Source: a bacterium (GTDB taxonomy: Bacteria > Patescibacteriota > Minisyncoccia > Phycocordibacterales > UBA9973). From it: DNA of 46,706 nucleotides. The stretch is from assembly GCA_027484965.1 (NCBI GenBank), contig JAIXRY010000009.1:1-46706 (forward strand), read 5' to 3'. The notes under the pieces were generated by a model. The model saw only the letters and a program-made list of their open reading frames with translations. It did not search any database and had not been told where the DNA came from. Positions within the stretch are counted from its first letter, which is position 1; every line of letters starts with the position of its first letter. Positions 42,332 through 46,706 of the stretch are shown one piece after another. A program made the translations under genes and the position numbers.

Positions 42332-42655
42332 TTAATTGACTGTAAAGGTCTCACTATATGAGCCTGTTTCATCTGTTAGGATTGCGGTATGTTCACCTTG
42401 ATCAAATCCAGAAGTCGAAACTTCTGTACCGTTTGCAACATTTGTAAGTGTTTGCACTAAATCACCGGATGGAGAAAAAATGTCAATCTTTTGCCACTGA
42501 ATACCCCAACTGTTCCTTACTTTCCAGTAAGAACCTGAAGTGTTTGTATTTGTTGATTCATAATTTTTTGCTTCCGGCTCAGGAGCAGCAGAAACAAATT
42601 GTGTTGTGCTTAGTGTTGCAACCAATAACAACATAATTAAAAAGAACTTTTTCAT
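42332..42655 (-). CDS. Small secreted beta-sandwich protein
   Basis: Signal peptide MKKFFLIMLLLVATLSTTQFVSA; C-terminal IDIFSPSGDLVQTL...SGFDQGEHTAIL...ETFTVN. Confidence 0.7.
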   Translation of the reverse strand: MKKFFLIMLLLVATLSTTQFVSAAPEPEAKNYESTNTNTSGSYWKVRNSWGIQWQKIDIFSPSGDLVQTLTNVANGTEVSTSGFDQGEHTAILTDETGSYSETFTVN

Positions 42656-42777
42656 GATTTACCTTTGTTTAGAGGTATATCTATAATAACACACATATAC
42701 AACAAAATCAACACTTTCCTTTTGATTTTAGATAATAGATTGTTATACTATAGTAGTTATTACTTAACGTATTTTTT

Positions 42778-43323
42778 ATGATTTTTATATTTATAATCTT
42801 AGGAATTATCGTCCTTTGGGCAATAGTTTCATACAATGGCTTTATTACTCTCAAAAACCGTGCACAAGAAGCATGGTCTGATATTGATGTTCAGCTCAAA
42901 CGTCGTTATGACCTTATTCCAAATCTTGTTGAAACTGTAAAAGGTTATGCAACACATGAACAGACTGCGTTTGAAAAGGTGACAGAGGCTCGAAGTCGTG
43001 CAATGCAAGCAAGTGGCGCAGAAGACAAAGGTCAGGCAGAGAACATGCTCTCAGGTACACTCAAATCTCTTTTTGCAATATCTGAAGCTTATCCAGACTT
43101 GAAAGCGAATACAAATTTCCTTCAATTACAAAACGAACTTTCTGACACAGAAAACAAAATTCAAGCTTCACGCAGATTCTATAATGCAAACGTTCGCGAC
43201 CTTAATACTAAGATAGAACACTTCCCAGGAAATCTCATTGCAAAAATGTTTTCATTTATGAAGATGGAATTCTTTGAAATTGAAAATCAAGAAAAAGAAC
43301 CAGTAAAAGTTTCTTTTAATTAA
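42778..43323 (+). CDS. lemA: LemA family protein
   Basis: AWSDIDVQLKRRYDLIPNLVETVKGY, EAYPDLKAN, RRFYN. Confidence 0.96.
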   Translation: MIFIFIILGIIVLWAIVSYNGFITLKNRAQEAWSDIDVQLKRRYDLIPNLVETVKGYATHEQTAFEKVTEARSRAMQASGAEDKGQAENMLSGTLKSLFAISEAYPDLKANTNFLQLQNELSDTENKIQASRRFYNANVRDLNTKIEHFPGNLIAKMFSFMKMEFFEIENQEKEPVKVSFN

Positions 43324-43333
43324 TAAATTGTAA

Positions 43334-45076
43334 ATGAAGAAAACACTCATCGTAATTGGAATTTTATCATCTCTGGTATTTTCTCCGGTGGGTGTTTTTG
43401 CTGAGAAAATTGATGATTATAATATTGATCTTCAGATTCAACAAAATGGAAATGTTTCTGTTGTTGAAAGAATAACTTATAACTTTGAGAATGTTGTTGA
43501 TAAGCATGGTATTTATAGAAAAATTCCTTTAGAAAAAAAGGGTGGATTTTTAAGCATTAAAGATATATATACTTCAGTAGATACTGGGATTACAGATACA
43601 AAAATTGACACACAAAATAATCAACTTCTAATAAAAATAGGTAACCCTACAGAAACTATTTCAGGAATTCGTAAATATTCCATAGCTTATAATATAGAAA
43701 GACCTTTTGTAAGTAAGAATAATAAAGAAAATTTATTTTTCAATGTTGTTGGTACTGATTGGGATGTGTCTATTAATAATGGTTCTTTTTTGGTGACACT
43801 CCCTCTACCTTTATCAGAAAATGAAATAGAAATTAGTTGTTTTGTTGGAGAAAATTTAAGTACAAATTCTTGTCCTTCACCTAAATTATCATTTGATAAA
43901 CATGGTCTGGTTAATGCATTTCTTATTGATTCTATAAATCTTAAACCTCACGAAGGTATCACACTCAAACTTTCAATACCAAAATCATCACTCACTCCAA
44001 CCTCTCTAATCGATAGATGTATTAATTTTTTGAGATTGTTTTGGCCATTTTTGATTGTTGGAATCTTGGGAATAATATTTTTAATTATTTGGTATAAAAA
44101 GGGGAGAGACACAAAAGGAACAGGGGTTGTCGTACCGGAATATGAAGTGCCAGAAAAAATGCATCCATTAATGGTTGCTGGAATAATAAGACAAGGAAGG
44201 CTTAGTCAAAAAGATTTTGTTGCAAGTATTATAAACCTTGCTCACTTAGGTTTTATTTCTATTGAAATTAAGAAAGCAAAAAAGATTTTAAATGTAAAAA
44301 CAGGTAATGATGTTTATACTTTAAAACTAGAAAAACCGTATAGTAATGTGGACTCTCTAGATAAAGAATTGTTGGACGGAATTTTTGTTGAAGGGAATAG
44401 AATGCCGGGTGACAGTGTAGATCTGTCAGATAATTTAGGTATTAATGAGTTGTGGAAGAAAATTAAAGATAAGGTAAAAACTAGGTTAGTAGAAGAAGAA
44501 TATTTTACAAAAAGTCTAAAGAGATTTGATTTGAATTATCATATACAGTTTTCTAAAAAATTAAATATTGGTATAGTCTTGATTTTTGTTATAGTTTTTT
44601 TAACTAAAATTTTTGAAGTATTGTTTATTCCTTTGATTTTTAATCTAACATATATATCTATTGCTGTAATTATTTTGGCTATATTTTATTTTTTCTTTAT
44701 TTATAATTATCCAGCCAAAACAAAAAAAGGTTCACTTATAGAAGAAAAAATAAAGGGTTTTAAAATGTATTTATCTATTGCAGAAAAACATAGAATTCAT
44801 TTTGAAAATCCTCCAGAAGTTACTACAGAAAAGTTTTCAGAATATTTGTCATATGCAATCGTTCTTGGTGTTGAGAATTATTGGGCAAAAGCATTCAATA
44901 TGAATGATGATTACAAGCCTATTTGGTGGCACGGAAGTGATTTTACTATGTATAATATTACAACTAATATGATTGCAACGACGAGTGTAAATGGTGTATT
45001 CTCTAGCTCATCTGGAGATTTTGATGGAGGCTCTGTCGGTAGTGGAGTTGGCGGTGGTGAAGGTGGAAGTTGGTAG
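43334..45076 (+). CDS. DUF2207 family membrane protein
   Basis: VVERITYNF...HGIYRKIP; GFKMYL; YLSYAIVLGV; Gly-rich GGGEGGSW terminus; lemA-htpX context. Confidence 0.88.
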   Translation: MKKTLIVIGILSSLVFSPVGVFAEKIDDYNIDLQIQQNGNVSVVERITYNFENVVDKHGIYRKIPLEKKGGFLSIKDIYTSVDTGITDTKIDTQNNQLLIKIGNPTETISGIRKYSIAYNIERPFVSKNNKENLFFNVVGTDWDVSINNGSFLVTLPLPLSENEIEISCFVGENLSTNSCPSPKLSFDKHGLVNAFLIDSINLKPHEGITLKLSIPKSSLTPTSLIDRCINFLRLFWPFLIVGILGIIFLIIWYKKGRDTKGTGVVVPEYEVPEKMHPLMVAGIIRQGRLSQKDFVASIINLAHLGFISIEIKKAKKILNVKTGNDVYTLKLEKPYSNVDSLDKELLDGIFVEGNRMPGDSVDLSDNLGINELWKKIKDKVKTRLVEEEYFTKSLKRFDLNYHIQFSKKLNIGIVLIFVIVFLTKIFEVLFIPLIFNLTYISIAVIILAIFYFFFIYNYPAKTKKGSLIEEKIKGFKMYLSIAEKHRIHFENPPEVTTEKFSEYLSYAIVLGVENYWAKAFNMNDDYKPIWWHGSDFTMYNITTNMIATTSVNGVFSSSSGDFDGGSVGSGVGGGEGGSW

Positions 45077-45100
45077 AATAATCATGTAATATATACATAT

Positions 45101-45991
45101 ATGGCAACACTATATACACAACAATCTAATAATGTTTCGAAGACTTGGTTATTAATGACTGTATTTTTTGTTATCATAACGTTGCTCGGGTTCTTTTTTT
45201 CACAAAGATACGGAAATCCAAATTTGCTATATTTATTTTTTGGAATAAGTTTGATAATGAATATTGGAGCTTATTGGTTTTCTGACAAAGTAGTCTTGTC
45301 TCTCTCTGGTGCAAAACTTGCGTCACGCGAAGAATATTTTGACCTATATACTACAGTCGAAAATCTTTCTATTACTGCAGGTCTGCCTATGCCAAAAGTT
45401 TATGTTATAGAAGATTCTGCTCCAAATGCTTTTGCAACAGGTAGAGATAAAGATCATGCTGTCGTTGCTTTCAGTACGGGTCTTCTTTCTGTTATGAATA
45501 AAACAGAGTTAGAAGGTGTTGTTGCTCACGAACTGTCTCACATTGGAAATCGAGACATACTTCTATCTACTGTTATTGTTGTCTTGGTAGGACTCGTGTC
45601 TATTGTCTCAGATATGATGATCAGAATGTCTATTTTTGGTGGTAGAGATAGGGAAGATAGGCAAGGTGGGGGTGCTATAGCTATTATCGCAATTGTTTTT
45701 TCTATTCTTGCACCAATTTTTGCAATACTCATACAGTTGGCTATTTCTAGAAAACGTGAATTTTTGGCTGACGCTTCAGCATCTCTACTTACACGTTATC
45801 CAGAAGGTCTTGCTTCAGCTTTAGAAAAACTCCAAAACTACAGCGCTCCAATGAATCATCAATCAAGCGCTATCTCGCATCTATATATTTCTGACCCACA
45901 AGGTGTTAGTTTGAATAAAAAGATTTCTGGATTATTTTCTACACACCCACCTCTTGAAGATAGAATTAGAATACTTAGAGAAATGAAATAA
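45101..45991 (+). CDS. htpX: Zinc metalloprotease HtpX (M48)
   Basis: PNAFATG, VAHELSH, ISRKREFLAD, FSTHPP. Confidence 0.95.
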   Translation: MATLYTQQSNNVSKTWLLMTVFFVIITLLGFFFSQRYGNPNLLYLFFGISLIMNIGAYWFSDKVVLSLSGAKLASREEYFDLYTTVENLSITAGLPMPKVYVIEDSAPNAFATGRDKDHAVVAFSTGLLSVMNKTELEGVVAHELSHIGNRDILLSTVIVVLVGLVSIVSDMMIRMSIFGGRDREDRQGGGAIAIIAIVFSILAPIFAILIQLAISRKREFLADASASLLTRYPEGLASALEKLQNYSAPMNHQSSAISHLYISDPQGVSLNKKISGLFSTHPPLEDRIRILREMK

Positions 45992-45992
45992 T

Positions 45993-46304
45993 ATGAAAGA
46001 ACAAGAAAATTTTATAAATAAAAAATCAGAAATTTTAAAATCTTTAGAAGAAGAACTTTTGACTTCTGATTTTCAATACGCAATTTTTATATCAACAAAT
46101 GAACTTTCAAAAGATGATAAGAATATTTGGTCTGATATAGAAAAGGGAAATCTTCCGACAATAGAGCAATTTCAAGAATATAAAGAGAAAGCATTAAAAA
46201 ATAATCCTACAGGATCGACAACATATTTTGTAGATTATCTTTCAAATAAATTAACTCCGTACTTTTTAAAAGAACAGTATAAAAATCTGAAAAAAGTCGC
46301 TTAG
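45993..46304 (+). CDS. Hypothetical protein, 103 aa
   Basis: ATG ORF starting 1 nt after the htpX stop. Confidence 0.55.
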   Translation: MKEQENFINKKSEILKSLEEELLTSDFQYAIFISTNELSKDDKNIWSDIEKGNLPTIEQFQEYKEKALKNNPTGSTTYFVDYLSNKLTPYFLKEQYKNLKKVA

Positions 46305-46433
46305 TCTAAAATGTGTTATTATTGTGTATGAGTAGTTCTTTAAATGCAAAAAAGATAGGTATTATCATCTTTTTTGCTCGGTATTCTTTTTAGGAAGAAT
46401 ATCCGTCCTTCTTTTTATACAAGAGAAGGAGAA

Positions 46434-46523
46434 GGAGAATTCGCATAGTGGCCGAGTGCACTCGCTTGGAAAGTGAGCAAGGTGTTAAAGCCTTCGTGAG
46501 TTCGAATCTCACATTCTCCGCCA
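46434..46523 (+). tRNA. tRNA-Ser(GGA)
   Basis: Acceptor GGAGAAT/ATTCTCC-G-CCA; anticodon arm CTCGC-TTGGAAA-GTGAG; long variable arm; GTTCGAATC T-loop. Confidence 0.96.
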
Positions 46524-46706
46524 AAATTGGAAATCGGAATCAGAAATGTTATTATTTATATATCTAAAATATGGAACAAATTACGTCATTTTTTAATCAA
46601 ATAGAAGCAATTATAATTATGTGTTTAGACTTGATACAATCAATTATAAATTCTTTAATCGGTTTAATATTATAAATTAATTAATATAAAAATATGAAAT
46701 GTCCAA

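Overview
Low-GC bacterial chromosomal segment whose gene content and style point to a Patescibacteria/CPR genome, probably Parcubacteria (inference). Supporting features are a type-2 IleRS carrying an inserted domain, an alpha2 GlyRS, an unlinked 23S-5S rRNA unit with a group I intron, scarce Shine-Dalgarno sites and many apparently leaderless genes. Most of the window is housekeeping: ileS, recO, glyQS, metG, tatD, rpsF-ssb-rpsR, efp, recA, ftsK, rplJ-rplL, 23S, 5S, rodA, secD-secF, lemA, htpX and tRNA-Ser, plus surface proteins. The most unusual signals are below gene level. (1) An Avd/IVP-like four-helix-bundle + wHTH gene divergent from ftsK sits inside a dense, frame-independent array of about 28 GACA/TGTC motifs, a candidate self-binding centromere-like or nucleoprotein system. 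(2) An ORF-less L2593 group I intron carries an exact 21-nt copy of 23S helix 69 in its P6 extension and a competing anti-P1 pairing. (3) An Actinobacteria-type ultrashort-stem-I Ile T-box is coupled to a transcription terminator and has an antisense 50-aa membrane ORF inside the leader. (4) A family of covarying structured repeats brackets rplJ-rplL. (5) A structured leader of about 420 nt precedes an S-layer-like gene. All calls were made by eye; no database searches were run.
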